From a virus: 41,626 nucleotides of DNA. This document shows, in pieces, positions 22,571 to 30,807 of this stretch. Under the pieces are notes generated by a model. That model did no database searches. It had not been told where the DNA came from and saw nothing but the letters and a program-made list of their open reading frames with translations. The position numbers and the translations under genes are program-made. The stretch is from positions 1 through 41,626 of IMG/VR virus record IMGVR_UViG_3300046459_000234; one strand, given 5' to 3'. The stretch's first letter is position 1. Every line of letters begins with the position of its first letter.

Positions 22571-23253
22571 TCGTCACCCCCCGCGGTGATGGCGGCGAGC
22601 TGCTGCGCGAGGGCGCCGGTGCGCCACGCCTCGGCCGTCGTGTCCTTCCCGCCCTTGCGCCACGTGATCGCGTAGGTGCGGGCCCGCGTCGGCTTGATGA
22701 CGACGCCCGGTACGTCGAGGACTTCGCCCGTCACCTTGTCGACCAGCTTCGCGGCGCCGGCCGCGTCCATCTCGGCGAGCAGTTCGGCGAGTTTCCACGG
22801 CTTGACCTCGCGCACGATGCGGGTCGTCGTCCACTCCTCGTCGGGCCACGTCCGCCGGACGAACCGGGCGAGGGCTTCCTCGTCGGTTACGACCGGCCCT
22901 GTCTCGCCCTTGCGGAGTGAGATCGTCGCGACCTGCTCGCCGGTGGGAAGCGAGGCGACGACGCGCTCGGTCCCGTCGCGCTTCTCGGCGGCGTCAAGGG
23001 CCCGTTGCGTGCGCGTCTTCACGTCCTTCTGCGCGGCGGCCACGCGCTCGGCGAGCAGCTTCAACACGGCGGCCTCGGTGGCGAGGTCGCGCAACGACTC
23101 GGCCGGCTGGGCGACGGCCGGCTCGGCGTCGAGCGACGGCTCGTGTCCGGCGGCGGCCTCGGCCTCGGCCTTGAGGCGGTTCACGCCGAGGCGTTCCGTG
23201 ATCGTGTCGTAGTGGTGCTGTTCGATCGGGTCGGCGAACGTCTGCGCGCTCAT
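22567..23253 (-). CDS. Hypothetical protein adjacent to the recombinase
   Basis: 228 aa. ATGA overlap with the ERF stop. N-terminal coiled-coil. I recognise no motif. Confidence 0.65.
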   Translation of the reverse strand: MSAQTFADPIEQHHYDTITERLGVNRLKAEAEAAAGHEPSLDAEPAVAQPAESLRDLATEAAVLKLLAERVAAAQKDVKTRTQRALDAAEKRDGTERVVASLPTGEQVATISLRKGETGPVVTDEEALARFVRRTWPDEEWTTTRIVREVKPWKLAELLAEMDAAGAAKLVDKVTGEVLDVPGVVIKPTRARTYAITWRKGGKDTTAEAWRTGALAQQLAAITAGGDE

Positions 23254-24419
23254 GCGGTCGCCCCCTTCGCGGCGTCGAGCAGGTCGTCGCGCATGTCGCG
23301 CAGCTGGGCGACGGTCGCCGCGGCCGGGGCGCAACCGTGGCGCGAGCTGAACAGCTGCTCGGCCTCGGCCTGGTCGGTGACGCCCGCGGAACGGGCGGCG
23401 TCGTAGAACTCGCCGAGGGCGGCGGCCTGCTCCTGGTCGACCTGCTGTGCGGCGGCCGGCCGGGCGTTGCCGAGGGCGCCCTCGGCGGCGACCGCGTCCG
23501 ATATCGAGTGCGGGGCCGGTCCGGCCGGGGCCTGCTGCTGCGGCTTCTGGGCGGCCTCGCGCTTCTTCGCGGCGACCTGGTCGAGGGTGGTGAGGAATTC
23601 CGCGGGGGCGCCGGCCTTGACGGCGGCGGCGCGCACCTTGGCGAACGCCTCGGGGTTCGGGGCGGCCTTGGCCTCGGCGAGGTAGTCGCGGCGCGGCGGC
23701 GCGGCCTGCTGGCCGTTCTGCCGGGCGGGCGCCTGCTGCTCCCACGGTCCGGCCTCGGCGCGGCTGCTGCGGCGCGGCTGCTGGCGCTGCTGTCCCTGCC
23801 CGCGCTGCTGGCGTCCCTGCTGGCGCTGCTGCTGCTCGGCGCGGTGCTCGGGCGTCGGCTCCGGGTGGTGGCGGTCGCCGTCGTCGATGCTGCGACCGTC
23901 CACGGGCAGCATGAACAGCGTGAAAAGCAGGTACTTGAGGGCGGCCGACTGGGCCTTGTTGGTGCTCTTGTCGGCGAAGTCGAACGCCTCGCCCGGCACG
24001 TCGGCGACCAGGCAGTCACCCGCGGGCCCGTACACGCGGTACCGCATGGTGATGAGGGTTCGGGTCATCTTCCCGTCGCGCTCGTGCTTGTGCTCGGCGA
24101 TCGTCGGCAGGATGAACACGCCGTGTGTGCGCATGGGGCCGGCCATCGCCGACATCACGTCGTCGATGCCGCGGAAGTTGTAGTTCTGCTGTTTGTTCTC
24201 CTGGGTCTTGCCGACGGGCATCGCGTCGCGCATCACGCCGTTGATGGCGGCGAACACGCGCGGGGCGTCGGCCGGGGCGCCGTCCGGGGCGGGCACGTAG
24301 ACCACTTCCGGCGCGGGCGTCGGGGCCGGCATGGGGTGCATCGTCTCGACCAGGCGCGCGAACAGTTCCGGGCTGACGCGCGGGTCGGTAAGGGCGGTGG
24401 GCAGGGTGGTGACAGTCAC
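23250..24419 (-). CDS. ERF-family single-strand annealing protein
   Basis: ..KQQNYNFRGIDDVMSAMAGPMRTHGVFILP..KSTNKAQSAALKYLLFTLF.. followed by a long Gln/Ala-rich tail. Confidence 0.85.
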   Translation of the reverse strand: MTVTTLPTALTDPRVSPELFARLVETMHPMPAPTPAPEVVYVPAPDGAPADAPRVFAAINGVMRDAMPVGKTQENKQQNYNFRGIDDVMSAMAGPMRTHGVFILPTIAEHKHERDGKMTRTLITMRYRVYGPAGDCLVADVPGEAFDFADKSTNKAQSAALKYLLFTLFMLPVDGRSIDDGDRHHPEPTPEHRAEQQQRQQGRQQRGQGQQRQQPRRSSRAEAGPWEQQAPARQNGQQAAPPRRDYLAEAKAAPNPEAFAKVRAAAVKAGAPAEFLTTLDQVAAKKREAAQKPQQQAPAGPAPHSISDAVAAEGALGNARPAAAQQVDQEQAAALGEFYDAARSAGVTDQAEAEQLFSSRHGCAPAAATVAQLRDMRDDLLDAAKGATA

Positions 24420-24790
24420 GGGCGCGTGCTCCGGTTCTTGCTGTGGCGGATGTGTCCGGCGAGGCGGGTGATGCGGCCGGCGAGGGTGATCGCCGAATCG
24501 GGGTCGAGCAGGTCGTCGAGGTCGGCGGCGATCGGTGCCTCGGCGGCCAGTGCCTCGCGGCTCCCGTCCGCGGCGGCGGCGCGCATCGCCCGTTCGTACT
24601 CGGGCACGTCGTGCCCGTAGATCGCTCGGTCGAGGGCGGCGACGTTGTCGCCGTGGTGGGCGAGCAGGGCGCCGAGGGCGGCGGGGTCCTCGACGTACGC
24701 GAGGGCGAGGTCGTCGAGCAACTGCTCGGCGCGGGCGGCGATCGGTAGACGGACGGCGAGGCCGTCGGCGGACAGCTGGGGGCGGATCAT
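24416..24790 (-). CDS. Hypothetical protein
   Basis: 124 aa. ATGA overlap with the upstream stop. Confidence 0.6.
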   Translation of the reverse strand: MIRPQLSADGLAVRLPIAARAEQLLDDLALAYVEDPAALGALLAHHGDNVAALDRAIYGHDVPEYERAMRAAAADGSREALAAEAPIAADLDDLLDPDSAITLAGRITRLAGHIRHSKNRSTRP

Positions 24791-25161
24791 CGGTGCAGCT
24801 CCTCGGGCATGGCCGGCTCGTCGAGGGCGAGGTCGCCCGTCGCGGCGTCGTAGGCGTGCGGGCGGGTCCAGTCGGCGGCGGGGAACGCCCGGCGGAGCAG
24901 GCCGAGGGCGGCGCGGTGCGCGGCGCGGTCCGCGGTGAGTGGCAGACCGAGGGCGTCGTCGAGGGCGACCCACATCGCGACGCGCTGCTCGCCGTCGCGG
25001 TCGGTCGTCACAGGGACGGTCCGCACGCGGGCGGTACCGGGTGCGATCTGGTCGAGCTGCCGGGCGATCACGCCCGTGCGGGCGAGACGCTTCCGGGCGG
25101 CGAGGGCACCCTCGACGGCCTCGGCGGCGCGAGGGCGGGCGGTACGCTGGGCGTTGTTCAC
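24787..25161 (-). CDS. Hypothetical protein
   Basis: 124 aa. GTG at 25161 follows GAGAGG. The Pro/Ser/Arg-rich upstream part of the track ORF was trimmed. Confidence 0.55.
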   Translation of the reverse strand: MNNAQRTARPRAAEAVEGALAARKRLARTGVIARQLDQIAPGTARVRTVPVTTDRDGEQRVAMWVALDDALGLPLTADRAAHRAALGLLRRAFPAADWTRPHAYDAATGDLALDEPAMPEELHR

Positions 25162-25228
25162 GATCGGTACCTCTCGGGGTTCGGTCGGGGAGGGCCGTCC
25201 GGGTGCATCCGGGCGGCCCTTCGTCGTG

Positions 25229-25432
25229 TCAGGCGGCGGCGCGGTCGGGGGCGGCCTGCTCGGCCTGCTCGGCGCGGTGCGCGCGCTCGATGCGCCGGAT
25301 GATGAGTTCGGCCTCGGGGTCGAGGCGGCCGGCGGCGCGGTCGCGGGCGATCCGGTCGAGGGCACGGTCGAGAACACGCCGCGCGTTGGCGAACGCGACC
25401 TCGCGCGGGATGACGGGCGCGGGGGCGCTCAT
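25229..25432 (-). CDS. Hypothetical small helical protein
   Basis: 67 aa. ATGA overlap with the Cro-like gene stop. Confidence 0.55.
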   Translation of the reverse strand: MSAPAPVIPREVAFANARRVLDRALDRIARDRAAGRLDPEAELIIRRIERAHRAEQAEQAAPDRAAA

Positions 25433-25656
25433 GCGGCGGCCTGATCAGTCGAGGGGCCGCGGAGTTTCAGCAGGCGAGAGGCGGGGATGCCGTATTCGTC
25501 CTGAACGGCGGCGGCCACACGGGCACTTGGGGCGGTCTTGCCCGTCCACAAACGCCATGCGGTCGCGGGGGCAACTTTCAGCCGTGCTGCGAGGTCTGTG
25601 TAATGCCGGTCGCCTTTGTCGGTGGCAACTGCCTGCAAGTGGGCACGGTCGTACAT
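25429..25656 (-). CDS. Cro-like HTH regulator
   Basis: 75 aa, MYDRAHLQAVATDKGDRHYTDLAARLKVAPATAWRLWTGK... ATG at 25656 follows AAAGGAAC. It is divergent from the repressor gene. Confidence 0.7.
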   Translation of the reverse strand: MYDRAHLQAVATDKGDRHYTDLAARLKVAPATAWRLWTGKTAPSARVAAAVQDEYGIPASRLLKLRGPSTDQAAA

Positions 25657-25673
25657 GGCCGTTCCTTTCTGAT

Positions 25674-25702
25674 CAGACAGAACGTCTGTCAGGACAGAAA
25701 GT
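25674..25702 (-). promoter_or_regulatory. Operator-like motif, copy 1 (CAGACAG-N5-CTGTC-N4-CAGAAAGT)
   Basis: cagacag aacgt ctgtc agga cagaaagt, 18 nt upstream of the cro-like ATG. It contains the perfect inverted repeat GACAGA-ACG-TCTGTC. A further GAAAGTTAG-N2-GACAG box lies at 25723-25738. Confidence 0.55.
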
Positions 25703-25770
25703 AACACCTATCTTTCAGGAGTGAAAGTTAGGGGACAGCGTTACGGCCTGTGACGGTGGGTGTTACGCCG

Positions 25771-25799
25771 TTGACAGGGGGGTACGTGCGGTACAGAAT
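25771..25799 (+). promoter_or_regulatory. Candidate rightward promoter for the repressor operon
   Basis: TTGACA (25771-25776), 17-nt spacer, CAGAAT (25794-25799). Confidence 0.45.
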
Positions 25800-25856
25800 C
25801 GGACGTACGTTCGACGCATTAACGCAGGTCACGGCCTACGTGCATGCGGTAAGGGG

Positions 25857-26378
25857 GTGAACAGGTGCAACGACGCGCCATGTCTGGAACGCCATGTATC
25901 GCGCGAGACAGCTACGCGCTACATTTCACCCATGAAAAACAGCAAGCACGGCGCGGCCGACCGTGCCGCGCAGTTCGCCGACTGGCTGACTCAGCAGATC
26001 AGCGCCCAGGGATACGACCTCTCGGGCCCGCGCAGCGGCGGCAAAAGCCGCTTCGCCGAAGATTCGGGCATTAGCCCGTCAACCGTCGGCCGACTCCTCG
26101 ACGGCAAGCGCGTAACCGACATGGACGTACTCGCGAGGCTCGCCGAAAAGCTGGGCGTGACCCTCGGAACGGTCCTCTTGCGCGCCGGCATCGTGAGCGA
26201 GGGCGACCTCGTCGCCATACAGGAGCCGGAAACGGGACCGCGCCGCATGACGCCGGCGCGAGCAGCCGAAGAACTCGGCATCACAGACCCCCACAAGCGG
26301 GCCGTCTTTGTCTCCATGACAGAGACCCTGCAACAGCCACCCCCCGACACAGGCGAGGCGAGACTCGCAGAGAACTAA
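25857..26378 (+). CDS. CI-like repressor (XRE-family HTH)
   Basis: HTH ..SRFAEDSGISPSTVGRLLDGKRVTDMDVLARLAEKLGV... The start is ambiguous: either GTG at 25857 or ATG at 25932 (MKNSKHG..). Confidence 0.75.
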   Translation: MNRCNDAPCLERHVSRETATRYISPMKNSKHGAADRAAQFADWLTQQISAQGYDLSGPRSGGKSRFAEDSGISPSTVGRLLDGKRVTDMDVLARLAEKLGVTLGTVLLRAGIVSEGDLVAIQEPETGPRRMTPARAAEELGITDPHKRAVFVSMTETLQQPPPDTGEARLAEN

Positions 26379-26395
26379 AACGCACGGAGGCACCG

Positions 26396-26818
26396 TTGAA
26401 CGGCCGCAAGATGTACGCCCCCACCGTGACGATCTTCGCAACAGGCATCACGTTGAGCCTGGTCGGGATCTTCCAGGATGACGGGGGCGATCTGTCGCGC
26501 GCCGGAATCTTGATCGCGTTCGCCAGCCTCCCCCCACTCTGCTACTGGCAGACGCAGCGCGCCCACGACGACGTAGAGAACCAGGTTGCCGACGCTCACG
26601 CCGCCGGCTACCGCCTCGGCCTCGAACACGTCGCTAAGGGCCTGCTCAAGAGGAACGCAGCACCGCCCGACGGCGGCGAGCACGTCGACCAGGTCGAGCA
26701 GTGCGCCGACCAGGCGACGCACCGCGCCGCCAACGGAGCGGCGGGCCCCGTTGTCCCTGACAACGTGCGCCCGCTGCGACTCGTACAGCCGGATCACGAC
26801 GAACGGAAGATCGTATGA
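26396..26818 (+). CDS. Two-TM membrane protein, translationally coupled to the integrase
   Basis: TM helices YAPTVTIFATGITLSLVGIF and AGILIAFASLPPLCYW. SD GGAGG. The stop overlaps the int ATG (ATGA). Third-position GC supports the plus frame over antisense ORF 26375-26836. Confidence 0.7.
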   Translation: MNGRKMYAPTVTIFATGITLSLVGIFQDDGGDLSRAGILIAFASLPPLCYWQTQRAHDDVENQVADAHAAGYRLGLEHVAKGLLKRNAAPPDGGEHVDQVEQCADQATHRAANGAAGPVVPDNVRPLRLVQPDHDERKIV

Positions 26819-28503
26819 CCCTTCCCGACATCCCATCCACGTTCCACGGCTCGCCGCACGCCGGCGAGCCGTGGATCGGCTATATCCGCGTGTCCACGTG
26901 GAAAGAGGAGAAGATCAGCCCCGAACTACAGCGGACCGCTATCGAGCAGTGGGCCGCGCGCACCGGGCGGCGCATCGTCGATTGGATCATCGACCTTGAC
27001 GAATCCGGGCGCCACTTCAAACGAAAGATCATGGGCGGCATCGAGCGCATTGAGCGTCGCGAGGTCCGAGGGATCGCCGTATGGAGGTACAGCAGGTTCG
27101 GGCGCAACCGGACCGGCAACGCGGCCAACCTCGCCCGCGTGGAGGCCGCCGGCGGCCTACTGGAGTCGGCGACGGAACCCGTCGATGCCTCGACCGCCAT
27201 CGGTCGGTTCGCCCGCGGTATGTACATGGAGTTCGCCGCATTCGAGAGCGACCGCGCCGGCGAGCAGTGGAAAGAGACACACGAGCACCGCCTCGCCGCC
27301 CAGCTGCCCGCCACCGGCCGCGGACGGTTCGGGTACATCTGGCACAGGCGAGCCGTCCCCGATCCCACCGCGCCGAACGGAATCCGGCTGCAACAGGAGC
27401 GGTACACGCTGCACCCCGACTACGCGAGCGTGGTCGAAGAACTCTACGAGCGGAAGATCGAGGAGTACGAAGGGTTCAACGCCCTTGTGCACTGGCTCAA
27501 CGAAGAGTTGGTCATCCCCACCACGCGCGGCAAGGCGTGGGGCGTGAGCACCGTCTCGCGGTACCTCGACTCAGGGTTCGCCGCCGGCCTGCTCCGCACA
27601 CACGACAAGACGTGCCCATGCGGGTACAGCAGCGGCAAGCGAAGCGGATGCCCCGACAACCGGTTCATCTATCTGCCCGGCGCACAGCCGCGGATCATCA
27701 CCCCCGACCAGTGGGAGGCGTACAAGGAACACCGGAAGATCACCAAGGCGACGCCGCCGCGGGCCCGGAAAGCGACCTACCCCCTTACCGGCCTGCTCCG
27801 GCATGGCTACTGCCGGCACCACATGAGCGCAGCGTCGTACACCTACAAGGGCGAGCAGATGCGCGGGCGAAACCTGGTGTGCAGCCGGAACAAGCACACG
27901 AGCAAGGTCGAGTGTCCGAAGGGGATCAACGTCCGGCGCGACTACGTCGAGAAGGAGGTCAAGAAGTGGCTTGAGCGCGAGGCCGCCCCCGGCATCGACG
28001 CCGCGCCGTCCGTGCCCGTGCAGCGCGCCGAGCCGACCGAGGACCCGCGCGCCCGCGCGCAGCGCGAGCGGGCCCGACTGCAAGTCGAGTTGAGCAAGGT
28101 CGAGGCCGCCCTCGACCGGTTGGTCATGGACAACGCCATGAACCCGCAGAAGTACCCGGCGGACAGCTTCGCGCGCGTGCGCGACCAGTTCGCCCACCAA
28201 AAGGGTTCGATCATGAAGGCCATGAACGAACTGGGCGAGGTCGAGGCGATGCCGACGCGCGAGGAGTACGCGCCCCTGATCGCGAACCTGATCGAGGCGT
28301 GGGACCTCTTGCAGCCGATCGAGAAGAACGCACTTCTTCGGCAGATCGTACGGCGCGTCGTGTGCCACGACATCCGTACGGAAGGGTCGCGCTGGATCGA
28401 GGTACGCGTCGAGGTTCACCCGGTGTACGAGCCGGACCCGTGGGCCCCGATCGTGGGCGAGGTCGTCGCCCGTAAGGACGGGCCGGCCGAACTGACCGGC
28501 TGA
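26815..28503 (+). CDS. int: Large serine recombinase (phage integrase)
   Basis: Catalytic N-terminus ..WIGYIRVSTWKEEKISPELQ.. and ..GIAVWRYSRFGRN... The recombinase domain, a Cys-rich zinc-ribbon region (..CPCGY..CRHHM..C..C..) and a coiled-coil give 562 aa. Confidence 0.92.
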   Translation: MTLPDIPSTFHGSPHAGEPWIGYIRVSTWKEEKISPELQRTAIEQWAARTGRRIVDWIIDLDESGRHFKRKIMGGIERIERREVRGIAVWRYSRFGRNRTGNAANLARVEAAGGLLESATEPVDASTAIGRFARGMYMEFAAFESDRAGEQWKETHEHRLAAQLPATGRGRFGYIWHRRAVPDPTAPNGIRLQQERYTLHPDYASVVEELYERKIEEYEGFNALVHWLNEELVIPTTRGKAWGVSTVSRYLDSGFAAGLLRTHDKTCPCGYSSGKRSGCPDNRFIYLPGAQPRIITPDQWEAYKEHRKITKATPPRARKATYPLTGLLRHGYCRHHMSAASYTYKGEQMRGRNLVCSRNKHTSKVECPKGINVRRDYVEKEVKKWLEREAAPGIDAAPSVPVQRAEPTEDPRARAQRERARLQVELSKVEAALDRLVMDNAMNPQKYPADSFARVRDQFAHQKGSIMKAMNELGEVEAMPTREEYAPLIANLIEAWDLLQPIEKNALLRQIVRRVVCHDIRTEGSRWIEVRVEVHPVYEPDPWAPIVGEVVARKDGPAELTG

Positions 28504-28520
28504 CCAGGCGTTTTTTATTT

Positions 28521-28564
28521 GCCCCTTTAGGCGCACAGTTCCACAACTGTGCGCCTAAAGGGGC
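28521..28564. repeat. Perfect 20-bp inverted repeat with 4-nt centre (candidate attP core and/or int terminator)
   Basis: gcccctttaggcgcacagtt-ccac-aactgtgcgcctaaaggggc. It lies 18 bp after the int stop, is preceded by ttttttattt, and is locally AT-rich. Confidence 0.9.
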
Positions 28565-28668
28565 ATCCGGGCGGCGAGGCCGCTTGACCTGCTCACCGCA
28601 CAGGCAACGGGGGAAAACCACGCACCGCGCCGCGTGCGGTGCCGCTCACGTCCTCGCGGGAGGCCGCC

Positions 28669-30330
28669 ATGTTTAGCACCATGCAGGACGCCCCCCTGAC
28701 TGTAAGCCGCATCCTGCGGCACGGCGTACGGGTCCACGGATCGTCGTTGGTCATCACCTGGACAGGGGGCGAAGCGCAACGGCGCACCTTCGCCGAGGTG
28801 GGCGCCCGCGCCGCGCAGCTTGCCCACGCGCTCAGCGAGTTGGGCGTCGGCGAGGGCGACGTCACGGGAACCCTGATGTGGAACAACTCTGAGCACGTGG
28901 AGGCGTACTTTGCCGTGCCGTCCATGGGCGCAGTTCTCCACACCCTGAATCTGCGGCTTCCGGCCGAACAACTGGGCTACATCGCGCGCCACGCCGGCGA
29001 CAAAGTGATCTTGGTCAACGGCTCGTTGGTCGGGCTGCTACTCCCCCTTCTTCCGAACCTGCCACGGCTTGAGCACGTAGTCGTGTCCGGCGCGATGGCG
29101 GACGACGCCCGCGCGGCACTGTCCGCGGCTTCCGGCGTGCAAGTGCACGAGTACGAGGAACTGATCGCCGGCCGTCCCACGGCCTACGACTGGCCGGAGC
29201 TGGACGAGCGACGGGCGGCCTCGCTCTGCTACACGTCCGGGACCACCGGCGACCCGAAGGGGGTCGCGTACTCGCATCGGTCCATCTATCTGCACTCCAT
29301 GCAAGTCAACATGGCCGAGTCCATGGGGCTGACGGACGCGGACCTTTCCCTTGTGATCGTCCCGCAGTTTCATTGCAACTCTTGGGGCCTGCCTCACGCA
29401 GCGTTCATGACCGGCGTGAACATGCTGATGCCGGATCGGTTCTTGCAGCCTGGCCCGATCGCCGAAATGATCGAGCGCGAGCGACCGACGCACGCCGCGG
29501 CCGTGCCCACCATTTGGCAAGGCTTGCTTGCCGAGCTGACCGCGAAACCGCGTGATGTCAGCACCCTGACTCAGGTGACGATCGGCGGCTCGGCCTGTCC
29601 CCCCGCCCTGATGAAGGCATTCGACGATCTCGGGATGCGGGTCTTTCATGCTTGGGGCATGACCGAAACGTCGCCCCTGGGCACGGTCGCGAGGCCGCCG
29701 GCCAAGGCGGTACCCGGCTCCGAGGAAGAGTTCGCCTACCGGCTCACTCAGGGCCGATTCCCGGCGGGCGTCGAGGGGCGCCTCATCGGTCCGGGCGGTG
29801 AAGAACTTCCGTGGGATGGTGAGTCAGCCGGCGAGTTGGAGGTGCGCGGGCCGTGGATCGCCGGCGCGTACTTCGGCGGGGTCGAGGGCGAGGCCACGCG
29901 TCCGGCCGACAAGTTCAGCGAGGACGGTTGGTTGAAGACTGGCGACGTAGGGACGATCAGCGCAGACGGATTCCTGACCCTCACGGACCGGGCAAAGGAC
30001 GTGATCAAGTCGGGCGGCGAGTGGATTTCCTCGGTCGAGCTTGAAAACGCCCTCATGTCCCACCCGGACGTTGCCGAGGCCGCCGTCGTGGCCGTCCCGG
30101 ATGAGAAGTGGGGAGAGCGGCCGTTGGCAACCGTGGTGCTCCGGGACGGCGCCGCGGCGGACTGGCCCGCCCTTCGTGAACACCTGGCCTCGAACGGCAT
30201 CGCACGATGGCAGCTGCCGGAACGGTGGGCCCTGGTGGCTGAGGTACCGAAAACGAGCGTGGGGAAGTTCGACAAGAAGGTGTTGCGCGGACGCTACGCG
30301 GACGGCGCGTTGAAGGTCGAGCAGGTCTGA
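28669..30330 (+). CDS. AMP-forming acyl-CoA ligase (long/medium-chain fatty-acid--CoA ligase family)
   Basis: ATG at 28669 lies 6 nt after GGGAGG. Motifs present: LCYTSGTTGDPKGV, AWGMTETS, GWLKTGD, IKSGGEWISS, PKTSVGKFDKK. 553 aa, apparently intact. Confidence 0.9.
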   Translation: MFSTMQDAPLTVSRILRHGVRVHGSSLVITWTGGEAQRRTFAEVGARAAQLAHALSELGVGEGDVTGTLMWNNSEHVEAYFAVPSMGAVLHTLNLRLPAEQLGYIARHAGDKVILVNGSLVGLLLPLLPNLPRLEHVVVSGAMADDARAALSAASGVQVHEYEELIAGRPTAYDWPELDERRAASLCYTSGTTGDPKGVAYSHRSIYLHSMQVNMAESMGLTDADLSLVIVPQFHCNSWGLPHAAFMTGVNMLMPDRFLQPGPIAEMIERERPTHAAAVPTIWQGLLAELTAKPRDVSTLTQVTIGGSACPPALMKAFDDLGMRVFHAWGMTETSPLGTVARPPAKAVPGSEEEFAYRLTQGRFPAGVEGRLIGPGGEELPWDGESAGELEVRGPWIAGAYFGGVEGEATRPADKFSEDGWLKTGDVGTISADGFLTLTDRAKDVIKSGGEWISSVELENALMSHPDVAEAAVVAVPDEKWGERPLATVVLRDGAAADWPALREHLASNGIARWQLPERWALVAEVPKTSVGKFDKKVLRGRYADGALKVEQV

Positions 30331-30346
30331 CGTTCTACGGGGAAAC

Positions 30347-30376
30347 GGCCCCGGTACCTCACCAGGTACCGGGGCC
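30347..30376 (+). terminator. Perfect 12-bp hairpin after the ligase gene
   Basis: ggccccggtacc-tcacca-ggtaccggggcc. Two more hairpins (30431-30456; 30464-30489) lie in the same convergent spacer. Confidence 0.75.
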
Positions 30377-30498
30377 GTCCCATGCGGCCCGCCGGCCCTG
30401 CTCGGGGGGGACCGGGCGCGGCGGGCCCTTCCCGCTACCGGTGTCGCGGTAGCGGGGGGCGAGGACGTACGCGCCGGCGAGCGTACGTCACGGGCGGT

Positions 30499-30807
30499 CT
30501 ACAGCAGCCGCGCGAGGCAATCCGGCATGAACAGGTCGCGCGCCCGATGCTGCGCCCACGCGACCGCGCAATCGTCGTCGCGTCGTCGCGCGTACTGGGG
30601 GCACAGCTCGCACCCGTCGAGGTGCTGGCCGGGCACGGCCTCGGGGTGCGCCTCGGCGATGTGCCGCGCCACCTGAAGTTGTTCCCAGAAACAGCCCTCG
30701 GGCTCGTCCCACGTCCGGGCGAGGCGCAGCAGCCATCGAACGCACTCCGGGCACGCCCACATGAAGGGCGGCGGTATGGGCCGGTCCGGGTGCGGTTCAT
30801 CGCACAT
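30499..30807 (-). CDS. Cys-rich small protein (cargo operon gene C)
   Basis: MCDEPHPDRPIPPPFMWACPECVRWLL..HLDGCELCPQYARRRDDDCAVAW... The start overlaps the gene B stop (TGATG; GTG at 30810 is an alternative start). Confidence 0.6.
   Translation of the reverse strand: MCDEPHPDRPIPPPFMWACPECVRWLLRLARTWDEPEGCFWEQLQVARHIAEAHPEAVPGQHLDGCELCPQYARRRDDDCAVAWAQHRARDLFMPDCLARLL

Noticed and set aside
28639-30330. Possibility that the acyl-CoA ligase and neighbouring regulator genes are host chromosome flanking a prophage
   Set aside because: The window closes on itself through the tape-measure gene, so there is no flank. The genes lie between int and the lysis cassette inside the circle.
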